Part shown: in pieces, positions 8,839-17,595 of the stretch
How the letters are laid out: every line of letters starts with the position of its first letter
Numbering within the stretch: position 1 is the stretch's first letter
Assembly (NCBI GenBank): GCA_028704525.1
Contig: JAQWFF010000001.1
Location: forward strand, 1-39,462
Length of the DNA stretch: 39,462 nt
Direction of reading: 5' to 3'
Origin: Candidatus Dojkabacteria bacterium
Lineage (GTDB): Bacteria; Patescibacteriota; Dojkabacteria; SC72
Program-made: the position numbers and the translations under genes
The notes under the pieces: model-generated
Told to the model about the DNA's origin: nothing
The model's database searches: none
Seen by the model: the letters and a program-made list of their open reading frames with translations, nothing else

Positions 8839-11131
8839 AATTTTGATCTGCTAAAGTTATCTCATCAATAACAGGAGATTCATCTCCAATAGCTCTCAAT
8901 TCTAATTTAATCTCTAAACAGAAAGCATAATCACCCCAATCCTGAGTAATAAACTGTTTCTTATCTGTATCATGTAAAAGTGTTAGCTCTGTCCAGCTTG
9001 TAGCATAATCCTTTCTATAATAGAGCCTGAGAAGATTAACTGCTTCCACCTTCATTACAGCAGTACCAGCAGTTGCTATATTGATTGCACTACCACCTAC
9101 TGTTGCTGAAACTTGGAAACCATTTGCACTTGCATTGATTACATAATATGTAGTACCAGCTATAATTGCTACAGGAAGTGTACCAGTTGTTACTGAGAAC
9201 TTTACAGCTTCACCATCCTGAAAACCATGTGCTGTAAGCCCTACAATGTCTGTATCTGGGTCAAAATTTACTTCCCTTGCTGTATTATCTGGAACACTCA
9301 TGTAATTTACATAAGCCTTTCTATATACTGTCCTACTATTTCTATCCCTATACATAACTCTTGTTTGAATATATGTACCTGAATAGAGATTTGTTTCATC
9401 AAAAGCATCTACTCCATAAGTAGTTGTTTCACCTACAACCTTCTTCCATGCTACTAACATTCCAGTACCAAAGGTTATGATTGAACCTATCTCAACTCCA
9501 GTAGAGCCTTGTGATGTTACATACTCCAAGTCAAAGATTCTTGGAAATAGTCTTGGATTTGCTGTACCCATCCCATACACTCCTGTTTCAAGTGCATCTC
9601 CACTTACACTACTTACTCCTACAAGAGGAATACCATGTAAACTTGCTACTGCATTAGGATTTACCTTTACTGAATCTGTACTATCAAACTCTCCACCAAT
9701 CCTTCTAAGTAACTCTAGCTTCTCTCCATTGTAGAAATACACATTACTTCTTGTACCAGCTACTGCATATACAAAGTTATCTACTGGTATAAAAGCATTT
9801 ATGCTTTGCTCTTCAATATCATCTTCAATACTCCATGACACACTCCATGTATTCCATCTAAATATCATTGCACTATGTACACTATTTGCTACCTCTGTAC
9901 CTACAAGCAAGTCAATTCCAATCTTACCAAGACACTTTGCAATGTACTGAGTTGGAAGATCTAGGGAATTTAATACAAGATAATTCTCTACCTGATGAAT
10001 ATAGTTATTATCACCAATAAAGAGAATACCATTGAGAACTATCATTGGATGATAGCTACTATTACTTGCACCATAAAGCTCTAAATACATCTCTGCAAAC
10101 TCATTGGCTACACCAGTATTAACAACTCCACCTGTACCTGTTTGGTATACATGAACATGGTAACTTCCACCCTTTACATATGTAATTGGAGTATCCCAAT
10201 ATATCTCATTTACTCCAGTTGTAAGACTTGCATTTAATACTGTCTTAGAAACTATTGCTGTATCAGAAGCATCATGTAACACTACTGTAAGACTTGTAGA
10301 AGGTACTGTTGCAATATCAATTGCTACACCTATCTGTGTTTTTAATTGAGGAGTAAAGGCTGTAGAGCCATTCCCAAGTACAGTATGAATACCTGTACCA
10401 TCAGTTGTAAGATTGATTTTTGCACCACCACTTGTAAGAGATATTTCAAAATCATTTGTAGCTCTATTTATTACAAAGTATGCAGTACCAGCAGTAAGTT
10501 CTGCAGGGAGTGTATCTGTAGTTTCAAATATCACCTTATCACCATTCTGGAAAGAATGTCCTGTAAGATTGACTTTATCAGTAGCATTTGTAAATGTAAC
10601 TGTAGAATCTTCTATAAGTGCAGAATACAGATTTGCATTGTATGAATAACCACCAAGAAAGCCTGTATCACCCTGTACTGGGTCAAGATTAAGTTTACCA
10701 ACCTCTTCTACATAACTACTCCATGTAAGACCTGTATAATCAAGCTGTATTCTATATAAGTAATTCTGGGTAGCAAAGTACAGATAATTATCATATTCAC
10801 ATGCTCCAAGTATATTATCATCACCTACTGGACTATTTGCTGTATATGCAAGAGAGTATGTACCAGCACTTGGAAGGTATCTCCATATCTTCCCACTTGT
10901 TGAAGAGAAGAGATATACATATCCATCTGAACATGCAACCATTGTTTTTACAAATCCATCTACAGTAGATCCTGAATTTTTAATCAATCTCCTATTAGCC
11001 TGAAGAAGTCCTATCTTACTATGAACATCTGTACCTACCATCTTATACAAGCTCCTATCATTTTCACCCAGAATCCTACTCTCAGAAATTCCACCCATAT
11101 TCCAGTTATTTAAAACTATTGGATTACTCAT
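8828..11131 (-). CDS. Large tail protein, propeller-like, with two copies of a ~75-aa insert module (candidate receptor-binding or tail-spike protein)
   Basis: 767 aa. The module VTFTNATDKVNLTGHSFQNGDKVIF...AGTAYFVINRATNDFEISLTSGGAKINL (DNA ~10382-10600) is repeated as VNFDPDTDIVGLTAHGFQDGEAVKF...AGTTYYVINASANGFQVSATVGGSAINI (DNA ~9047-9274). Aromatic/Gly-rich repeats suggest beta-propeller blades. Confidence 0.5.
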   Translation of the reverse strand: MSNPIVLNNWNMGGISESRILGENDRSLYKMVGTDVHSKIGLLQANRRLIKNSGSTVDGFVKTMVACSDGYVYLFSSTSGKIWRYLPSAGTYSLAYTANSPVGDDNILGACEYDNYLYFATQNYLYRIQLDYTGLTWSSYVEEVGKLNLDPVQGDTGFLGGYSYNANLYSALIEDSTVTFTNATDKVNLTGHSFQNGDKVIFETTDTLPAELTAGTAYFVINRATNDFEISLTSGGAKINLTTDGTGIHTVLGNGSTAFTPQLKTQIGVAIDIATVPSTSLTVVLHDASDTAIVSKTVLNASLTTGVNEIYWDTPITYVKGGSYHVHVYQTGTGGVVNTGVANEFAEMYLELYGASNSSYHPMIVLNGILFIGDNNYIHQVENYLVLNSLDLPTQYIAKCLGKIGIDLLVGTEVANSVHSAMIFRWNTWSVSWSIEDDIEEQSINAFIPVDNFVYAVAGTRSNVYFYNGEKLELLRRIGGEFDSTDSVKVNPNAVASLHGIPLVGVSSVSGDALETGVYGMGTANPRLFPRIFDLEYVTSQGSTGVEIGSIITFGTGMLVAWKKVVGETTTYGVDAFDETNLYSGTYIQTRVMYRDRNSRTVYRKAYVNYMSVPDNTAREVNFDPDTDIVGLTAHGFQDGEAVKFSVTTGTLPVAIIAGTTYYVINASANGFQVSATVGGSAINIATAGTAVMKVEAVNLLRLYYRKDYATSWTELTLLHDTDKKQFITQDWGDYAFCLEIKLELRAIGDESPVIDEITLADQNYGL

Positions 11132-12060
11132 TATTTTTCTCCTCTTAATTTAGTCCAATCATCTTCATCCTTGCTTGTCTTGGTAAAGACCTCTTCATCC
11201 TTACTTGTCTTATCCCAATCACCAACAAGCCTTGCTACCTTACTTGTAACTACAACATCTATAGCTCTCTTAGTCCAATCTTTAACATCTATGAAACTCT
11301 TTTCCCAGTTGATAATCATTCCATTCAATTTTCTGGCAAGAGTATCTGTTAAACCAATCATACTACTTAATACTATTCTAGCACTTTTTACAAAAGAATC
11401 AGATAGAGATATGGAATCAACAAAGTTTTTAATTGGCATAATGAATCCTGAATCAACAAGCCCTATTCCTTCACTTAAAGTTGTCATTGTTTTTTTAGCA
11501 ATACTATCAATTGCAGAGATAGTATCTGTAAAAATTAAAGAAAGTGTTTGAGCAAAGGTAAGACTATCTGAAGCTTGAACTTCATCTGTAAATGTTTTAG
11601 TTGGCAATACCTTTGCAACAATCTCTGATAATGACAAGTTATCCACAAATGTGAGTAACTTATCCAACTTCTTGCCAAAAGTATCAGCCATACCAATGCC
11701 ATCAGTAAAGAGCCTTGAGAAGAATTGGAAGTAATCTGTAAAGAAGTTATCCACAACATTGATTGAATCAACAAAGACTTTGAGTAGCACCTTTGAAATA
11801 GATCCTGTATCAGCCACACCTATACCATCTGAGAAGGGAGTTTTATTTGTAAGCTTGTTAAACACTTCTGTAAGACCAACAGCATCTGCAAACACTTTCA
11901 TTGGGAAAAATACATGAGAGTCGGTAAGCCCTATCCCATCAGAAAAGCTTTCTGTATATTCCTGAGATAGAACTGGATTTCCACCCAAGTATGTTTGAGA
12001 TAAATAATTGCCACCTGTAGATCCATTACCTGCTTTTATACTCATTGTTAGTAGTATCAA
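11131..12060 (-). CDS. Fiber-like protein built from a short periodic F-x-D-x-[IV]-x-[LV]-x-D repeat
   Basis: About a dozen copies of the FSDGIGLTDS / FADAVGLTEV / FVDSINVVDN type. The track start at 12060 is TTG. An ATG five codons downstream (12045, MSIKAGNG) is the more likely start. Confidence 0.45.
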   Translation of the reverse strand: MILLTMSIKAGNGSTGGNYLSQTYLGGNPVLSQEYTESFSDGIGLTDSHVFFPMKVFADAVGLTEVFNKLTNKTPFSDGIGVADTGSISKVLLKVFVDSINVVDNFFTDYFQFFSRLFTDGIGMADTFGKKLDKLLTFVDNLSLSEIVAKVLPTKTFTDEVQASDSLTFAQTLSLIFTDTISAIDSIAKKTMTTLSEGIGLVDSGFIMPIKNFVDSISLSDSFVKSARIVLSSMIGLTDTLARKLNGMIINWEKSFIDVKDWTKRAIDVVVTSKVARLVGDWDKTSKDEEVFTKTSKDEDDWTKLRGEK

Positions 12061-12090
12061 ATTAAGACTCTACATTCCTATTTAATTCTA

Positions 12091-13221
12091 TCACGATAAT
12101 TCAAATGAAGGTAATGGATGTTTATCCCCTACACTTGAATGAAACTTAGCAGTCTTAAAATTGAGAATATCTCCATATGAAGTTCCTATGGAACTGGTAG
12201 CAAAGGCTTTAAAGTAGTACAAAGTGTTCGGAGTAAGTCCTGATAAAAATATGGAGTAAGTTCCCAATCCACTTGTACTTGTTAGTTTGGTAGTCTGACT
12301 AAACTCGTCTGTTCCATAGTAGACACCCCTCTCTGTTACAGTCTCAGTCCCTTGGTCGGTTACATTTCCCCCAAAAATAACACACTTCCTGTCTAACCTA
12401 CTTGTCGTTGTAGTACTTACCACTGGAGCATCTGCACTCTGTGTAGTTAATTGTGCAGTTATTCCATAAGAAGTCCCTACCGAATTGACTGCATAAGCCC
12501 TTACTCTGTAGTCTGTAGAAGCACTAAGTCCTGTCAATCCTTTTGTGTAAGCACCCGTTCCAAAGGTTCCGTCGTCATAAGCAGTTGAATCAGCTACTGT
12601 AGGGTCGCCAGATGTACCTGTCTTATAGCAAAAACCTCTCCTTGTTACAGAGCCACCCGTAGATGTTATATTTCCATTTCCAACTGCCGAGTTATGGGTA
12701 ACACTAGAACACGCCTGTGTAGTTACAGTAGGAGCAAAGAGCTCTCCATATACAGCAAAAGCCAAATCATGTGTTGCATACGGTGTACCTCCTATAAACT
12801 TATTCCCACTATGAGTAGGACTTGTATTATCTGTTCCAGTATATACAAGACCTGTTCCACCAGAATACCTGAACACAACAATAGTATAATAAGTACCTGA
12901 CTGCATGATATATCTTTCTGTACCTGTAAATGTAAAAGTTATTGCAGTATAAGAAGTTCCAACAGTATCTATACTCACATCCCCAGATGAAGCAATTCCA
13001 TATCCACCAGCTTCAGAACTTGTACCATATGTTCCTGAATGTTCAGCCAACATAGCATACAGATTACCAGTAGCACCAGCGTCTTTTTTAAGATAAAAAG
13101 TACAGCTATAAATAGGAAGAGTTTGAGAACAAGTAAAAGATTGCCCATGATATGTAGCATTGGAAATAGGACTATCATAACTAATATTACTGTTGCTATA
13201 GCTATCAATTAATGTTGCCAT
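12091..13221 (-). CDS. Tail-fiber-associated protein with two tandem FN3/Ig-like repeats
   Basis: The unit ...NGNITSTGGSVTRRGFCYKTG...LTGLSASTDYRVRAYAVNSVGTSYG is repeated as ...GGNVTDQGTETVTERGVYYGTD...LSGLTPNTLYYFKAFATSSIGTSYG. The CpG content is atypical for this genome. Confidence 0.5.
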   Translation of the reverse strand: MATLIDSYSNSNISYDSPISNATYHGQSFTCSQTLPIYSCTFYLKKDAGATGNLYAMLAEHSGTYGTSSEAGGYGIASSGDVSIDTVGTSYTAITFTFTGTERYIMQSGTYYTIVVFRYSGGTGLVYTGTDNTSPTHSGNKFIGGTPYATHDLAFAVYGELFAPTVTTQACSSVTHNSAVGNGNITSTGGSVTRRGFCYKTGTSGDPTVADSTAYDDGTFGTGAYTKGLTGLSASTDYRVRAYAVNSVGTSYGITAQLTTQSADAPVVSTTTTSRLDRKCVIFGGNVTDQGTETVTERGVYYGTDEFSQTTKLTSTSGLGTYSIFLSGLTPNTLYYFKAFATSSIGTSYGDILNFKTAKFHSSVGDKHPLPSFELS

Positions 13222-13353
13222 TATCCTTTAAGTTAAGTTATCTGATAAAGCCATTGTTAATCCACTCTCAAGTTAAAATCACTCATTGTTTTTGAGCAGT
13301 ATATTTCCCCCGAGATTACCCTGCTATAAATTGTTGTTTAGGTTAAAGTTAAG

Positions 13354-15174
13354 CTAAATCTCGTAATATATTTGTCCGTTTGCAGACTTATCGCCAGAGT
13401 TTACCCATGAGGCAAGTGGTCCTGAGTAAAGAGTTGCTGTTGTAGCACCACTTGTTCCAATGTTTATATTACCTATCTTTGCTACTCCATTATCAACTGC
13501 AAGTATAATTCCCCAATGAGAATGATTTGTAATAGCCCTTGCTGTTACTGGTAAAGAGATTGTATAAGTTGTTGCATTACTTGTTCCGTTTGATGAAGAA
13601 GAAAACCTAAAATAACAAACATTCCCTTTTATACTAAACCTTCCTATCATGTTTGGATTAGCAGAGAACCCTGTTATAGCAATTGTATATGCAAAAGAAG
13701 TTGGAAATCCTATTGGATTTTCCACATGACTATAGTAAGGCGAGGTAATTGCAGCATTGGCTACTGTAAAATCACTACCACCTGTAACTGTTAAAACTGT
13801 GTCTGCTACACCAACTATATAGAAATATTTAACAGTTGTTTGTGTTAGTTTAATCTTATCTCCCCTCTGATACCTACTTGCTGCTCCACTTGGTACTGTA
13901 ATCGTACTAGCAGAAGCATAAGCCCACGAGTCTGTAACTGCTATCCAACCATCCCAGCTCACATTGATTATAGGACTCGTTAAAGTCTTGCTTGTTAAAG
14001 TCTGTTCAGCAGTTGTTCCTACAATCGTACCTGTCGGAGCATGTTGCCCGTCTAGTGTATCAGCATTACCTGTTGAACCACTACTAAACTGATACATGAC
14101 AATAATAATATCTCCTGTACTAGGAGCTGTATTAAATGTGAATGTACCAGAAGCAGGAGTTGTTTCTGTCCAGTCCTCACTACTTCCTTGAGTTTGTAAT
14201 TGTCCGTTTAAGTAAACTCTTAAACTACCACTAACATAACTTCCTAAGCTAACTGTATAAACTGTGTTTGAGCTATTAACTAGTCCTGATAACACTCCAT
14301 AAGTATCAGATGTGCCACCGCTACTGTCTACTTGAATACTGTTACCACCAACACCTTCTACAAACAAATCCCATTTACCAGCCGATAAATCAGTTGCAAA
14401 TGTTCCAGATGTATGAGCTGTTACACATATATATGCACTACCATTCTCTTCAATCACATCATTAACCTGATAGGCTGTTGATGTTACCCATGCCCCTTCC
14501 CATACAAACTTAGTACCATCAATATAGGTCTTAACTGCTTTCTCTGTAGGTATGTTAGTATCAGCATCACCAGTAAGTGTTCCATCTGTACTGATCAAAA
14601 CATTACTTGTTCTAATATCCTTATTAGTAAGATTGAATACTGCCACCTCACCATCTGCAATACCTGTTTCATTGAGTGCTGTAATATTTGTTGTCTTAGG
14701 AATTTTTGTATCTGCGTAAGTCTTTACAGCCTTCTGAGTAGGTACTTTAACATCACTATCTCCTGCAAGAGTACCATCTGTATCAAGATAACCGACAGGA
14801 ATAGAAGCATCATCACCAGTATTTGTACCACTTACATTATCAAGATCACTTCTATTAGTATGAGTGGCAAGTGTTAGTAAGTCATTGAAATCTTTTGCAC
14901 TTATCTGTTGAAAAATAACATCACCAACTTGAATATCTCTAGCAGTTGTACTCTCTTGCTCTCTTACAATAGTTAAAGTATCGCCAACTACATTACTTAC
15001 AGTTACAATTTCTGAATTAGTAGAATCTGGAGAAGTATTTACAGGACAAATTACAGCAGGTTCACCAGTTGCAAACCTTGTACCATGACCAGTTGCAACA
15101 ACTAATGATGTACCAGAAGTTGTTGGACTAGGAGCTGTAGCTACTGTTGAAATTGTAAAGTTCTTTTTACTCAT
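13354..15174 (-). CDS. Tail fiber protein
   Basis: 606 aa. It has three copies of the motif D-G-T-L-x-G-D-x-D-x-x-[IV]-P-T-x-K-A-V-K-T-Y (for example PTQKAVKTYADTK and PTEKAVKTYIDG), which is typical of phage fiber repeats. It is Gly/Ser/Thr rich. The C-terminal two thirds carry CpG-containing codons. Confidence 0.65.
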   Translation of the reverse strand: MSKKNFTISTVATAPSPTTSGTSLVVATGHGTRFATGEPAVICPVNTSPDSTNSEIVTVSNVVGDTLTIVREQESTTARDIQVGDVIFQQISAKDFNDLLTLATHTNRSDLDNVSGTNTGDDASIPVGYLDTDGTLAGDSDVKVPTQKAVKTYADTKIPKTTNITALNETGIADGEVAVFNLTNKDIRTSNVLISTDGTLTGDADTNIPTEKAVKTYIDGTKFVWEGAWVTSTAYQVNDVIEENGSAYICVTAHTSGTFATDLSAGKWDLFVEGVGGNSIQVDSSGGTSDTYGVLSGLVNSSNTVYTVSLGSYVSGSLRVYLNGQLQTQGSSEDWTETTPASGTFTFNTAPSTGDIIIVMYQFSSGSTGNADTLDGQHAPTGTIVGTTAEQTLTSKTLTSPIINVSWDGWIAVTDSWAYASASTITVPSGAASRYQRGDKIKLTQTTVKYFYIVGVADTVLTVTGGSDFTVANAAITSPYYSHVENPIGFPTSFAYTIAITGFSANPNMIGRFSIKGNVCYFRFSSSSNGTSNATTYTISLPVTARAITNHSHWGIILAVDNGVAKIGNINIGTSGATTATLYSGPLASWVNSGDKSANGQIYYEI

Positions 15175-15209
15175 ACCACCCTTTTAACAAGTTATTCTGA
15201 CTGCAAGTC

Positions 15210-15761
15210 TTAGACTGCACTTAACACTATCTTATGGGTTATCTGTAAACTATCTCCACTTGCTACATTAACTGCACTAAATGTTCTATAAGCAATCAAA
15301 TCACCACCAGAAGCATTGTTAAGCAACCCCTCTTCTGTTACTGCAAATGTATCTGTGAATGTAAATGTATTTACTGCTTGAGCTGTATCACCAGCAGAAG
15401 TTGTTGTTTCACTTGTTGGAGTTACTGCAACTCTTTCACCACCACCAGTTACTATTTCACTATTCAAAGCTGTAGTGCCACCAGTACCAATACCAATTGC
15501 CATATGAGAAATAGGGTCTGCTGTTACACCACCCAAAAGCTTTGCACACTCTGAAAGCCCAGCTGTCGTTACAGTATTATAGACAACAACATTCTTTGTC
15601 CATCTTCCTGTAATAAAGGGTAATCTTAAATCAACCTTGAAAAGCTTATTTACAGCATCCCATAATTTGTTAGGCTGAAATAATGACTTTGTATTCCCAG
15701 AAGAATCTCTGAGCTGTAGCTCAACGATCCCCTTCATTCCTGTTCTGTCCATACTATTCAT
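15210..15761 (-). CDS. Structural protein (unknown; tail or neck)
   Basis: 183-aa ORF in the structural block, Thr/Gly/Ala rich. No specific motif recognised. Confidence 0.35.
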   Translation of the reverse strand: MNSMDRTGMKGIVELQLRDSSGNTKSLFQPNKLWDAVNKLFKVDLRLPFITGRWTKNVVVYNTVTTAGLSECAKLLGGVTADPISHMAIGIGTGGTTALNSEIVTGGGERVAVTPTSETTTSAGDTAQAVNTFTFTDTFAVTEEGLLNNASGGDLIAYRTFSAVNVASGDSLQITHKIVLSAV

Positions 15762-15833
15762 AGCAAGTAAAATATAAAATTATTATTTTACCCTACTATT
15801 CTAACATTCCTGTATTAGACTCTATATTATAGC

Positions 15834-16091
15834 TTATCTTATTTGCTTGTACTCTTCAACCATCTCCTTGTTAAATTTGATGACATCTTTCATATCCTTT
15901 ATTAAAATCTCCAATTGCTTAACTCTACCCTCTGCTTCTTTTACCTTTGCTTCCCTTACCTTTTTATCCTTTTCTTTTAAATATCTTGGTATAAGTGTTT
16001 CTTTATGATACCTTACATCAAGCTTTCTGGCTAATAAAGTCTGAACATTTTGCTCATATAACTCTATTGCTAATTCTTTTTCACTCTTCAT
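15834..16091 (-). CDS. Small coiled-coil protein
   Basis: 85 aa, Lys/Glu rich with a heptad-like pattern (KVREAKVKEAEGRVKQLEILIKDMK). Confidence 0.35.
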   Translation of the reverse strand: MKSEKELAIELYEQNVQTLLARKLDVRYHKETLIPRYLKEKDKKVREAKVKEAEGRVKQLEILIKDMKDVIKFNKEMVEEYKQIR

Positions 16092-16103
16092 TCCTATTAA
16101 ATA

Positions 16104-16880
16104 TTACAAATTAAATCCATTATCATACTTATCTGCTGGTCTTTCAAAGATTGTTTCTTTACTTCTATCCAATCCTTTAAGACTTTGCAATTGCTTCCCA
16201 TACAAAGCATAGAAGTTCTGCTCCTGTCCTGAGAAAGGTACTGGAACATCTTGATTGCTCTTCCACTCCATTGAGAGTGCAAGTGCAAATAACTCATGCA
16301 TTGTTTCTGGAATACCATAAGTATCAAACTCAACATCTGTTTCTCCACCTACTGTAGGGATAGAAGCTGGTAAAGCACTAAAAGAATATGTCCATATCTT
16401 TAAACCATCTGTTACTGCATTTTCAATCTCTCCTGTAAGAAGAAATAGAGATCCTCTAAATATCTCATAACCAGCTGTACCTTCATCATTAGTAAATCTC
16501 TGTAATATTCTATCTTCTTCAAAAGGAATCTTTATATCATTCAAATCATACTGTTTAAGATTAACCCAATCACTACCATTAAGCATGGCTGAAACACTCT
16601 TTAATCTTGGAATCATATCACTTGGAAGATTGTACTCTCTGGAAAGATATGTAACTCCAGTATCTTCATAAGTACCAGTAGTACCAGTTGCTCTCAAATC
16701 TCTATACTCTATAGAACCCATGTAATCTTCATTTACTTCTTCTATATCAGCTTGAAACTGAGGGAGCTTGGCTTTGATATACAAAAGCATATCAGCATCT
16801 GGGAATGTAATTGTATTAGTCTTAGACTTCTTTCTAGCAAGACTAACTATGTCTGTTATTTTCATAATATATTGTAGCAC
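16104..16880 (-). CDS. Structural protein (head-tail adaptor or connector candidate)
   Basis: 258-aa ORF downstream of the capsid genes. The real start is probably the second ATG (16865, MKITDIV), because the first five codons overlap an extended -10 element, TGCTACAAT. Confidence 0.35.
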   Translation of the reverse strand: MLQYIMKITDIVSLARKKSKTNTITFPDADMLLYIKAKLPQFQADIEEVNEDYMGSIEYRDLRATGTTGTYEDTGVTYLSREYNLPSDMIPRLKSVSAMLNGSDWVNLKQYDLNDIKIPFEEDRILQRFTNDEGTAGYEIFRGSLFLLTGEIENAVTDGLKIWTYSFSALPASIPTVGGETDVEFDTYGIPETMHELFALALSMEWKSNQDVPVPFSGQEQNFYALYGKQLQSLKGLDRSKETIFERPADKYDNGFNL

Positions 16881-16882
16881 AA
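16867..16882 (-). promoter_or_regulatory. 16-nt element TTGTGCTACAATATAT (extended -10 type, TGnTACAAT), copy 1
   Basis: It is identical to 25574-25589. The ATG at 16865 begins 6 nt after TACAAT, which would give a leaderless or near-leaderless mRNA. Confidence 0.4.
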
Positions 16883-16917
16883 AGTTAAGTAAACTTTATG
16901 CTTTTACATACCTATTC

Positions 16918-17418
16918 TTAAAGACCAAGAGCTTCTCTTGTTCTTTCATCCCTATCAGCTCTTATTCCTACTCCACCACTTTGATTAGGAATATTAAGTC
17001 CAGAATCTTTCTCAGCTTTCTGGTACTTTCTAAACATCTTGGCTACTATATCTGGAACTAATACTGCTACTCCTCTAGGTACTTGAGCTACTGCACCATT
17101 TATTTTAACCTCTTCAACATAACCACTCTTCATTCCATCTTCTACTTCCCATGTATCAACTACTTTGGGTCTAGCATTAAGCATCTCTGCAAATCTTTCA
17201 CTATCAGCTACAAGTGTTTTCCTGAAATGAATCTCTCTAATATTCCTATCTCCCATAAGTTCTTTAAGAAGCTCTCTCTTCATTGCTTCTCTCTCTTCTT
17301 GGGAAACAGGCTTACTTAACTCCTCTACTTTCTCTTCCTTTGTTACAGGTTTAGAAAGTTCTTTGACCAACTCTTCCCTATCTTTAGCTGGAGTTGTCTT
17401 ACTTATTCCTTTAGCCAT
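16918..17418 (-). CDS. Hypothetical virion-module protein with Lys/Glu-rich N-terminus
   Basis: 166-aa ORF preceded by a terminator-plus-promoter pair. Contains a tandem EELSKPV repeat. Confidence 0.3.
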   Translation of the reverse strand: MAKGISKTTPAKDREELVKELSKPVTKEEKVEELSKPVSQEEREAMKRELLKELMGDRNIREIHFRKTLVADSERFAEMLNARPKVVDTWEVEDGMKSGYVEEVKINGAVAQVPRGVAVLVPDIVAKMFRKYQKAEKDSGLNIPNQSGGVGIRADRDERTREALGL

Positions 17419-17447
17419 GTTATTTAATTGATTAAATTAACTACTAT

Positions 17448-17476
17448 AATATAAATCATATCAGGAACAATAGCAA
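17448..17476 (-). promoter_or_regulatory. Sigma70-type promoter candidate (TTGCTA, 17-nt spacer, TATATT)
   Basis: It lies immediately downstream of the 17481-17505 terminator and ~30 nt upstream of the ATG at 17418. Confidence 0.4.
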
Positions 17477-17480
17477 TATT

Positions 17481-17505
17481 AAACACAAAGAGGGCTAATG
17501 CCCTC
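17481..17505 (-). terminator. Intrinsic terminator after the capsid and decoration genes
   Basis: GAGGGC-ATTA-GCCCTC forms a 6-bp GC-rich stem and is followed by TTTGTGTTT. Confidence 0.6.
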
Positions 17506-17595
17506 AATGTGCAGGAATGTAAGAATTTTGGGTATGCAAAAACATTTCTGTCTTTACATGTTATCATCTGCTTCTTACAGCAGTTCATAACCTTA

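Noticed and set aside
12091-15174. Diversity-generating retroelement targeting the repeat-rich fiber genes.
   Set aside because: No reverse transcriptase gene and no template/variable repeat pair was found anywhere in the complete genome.
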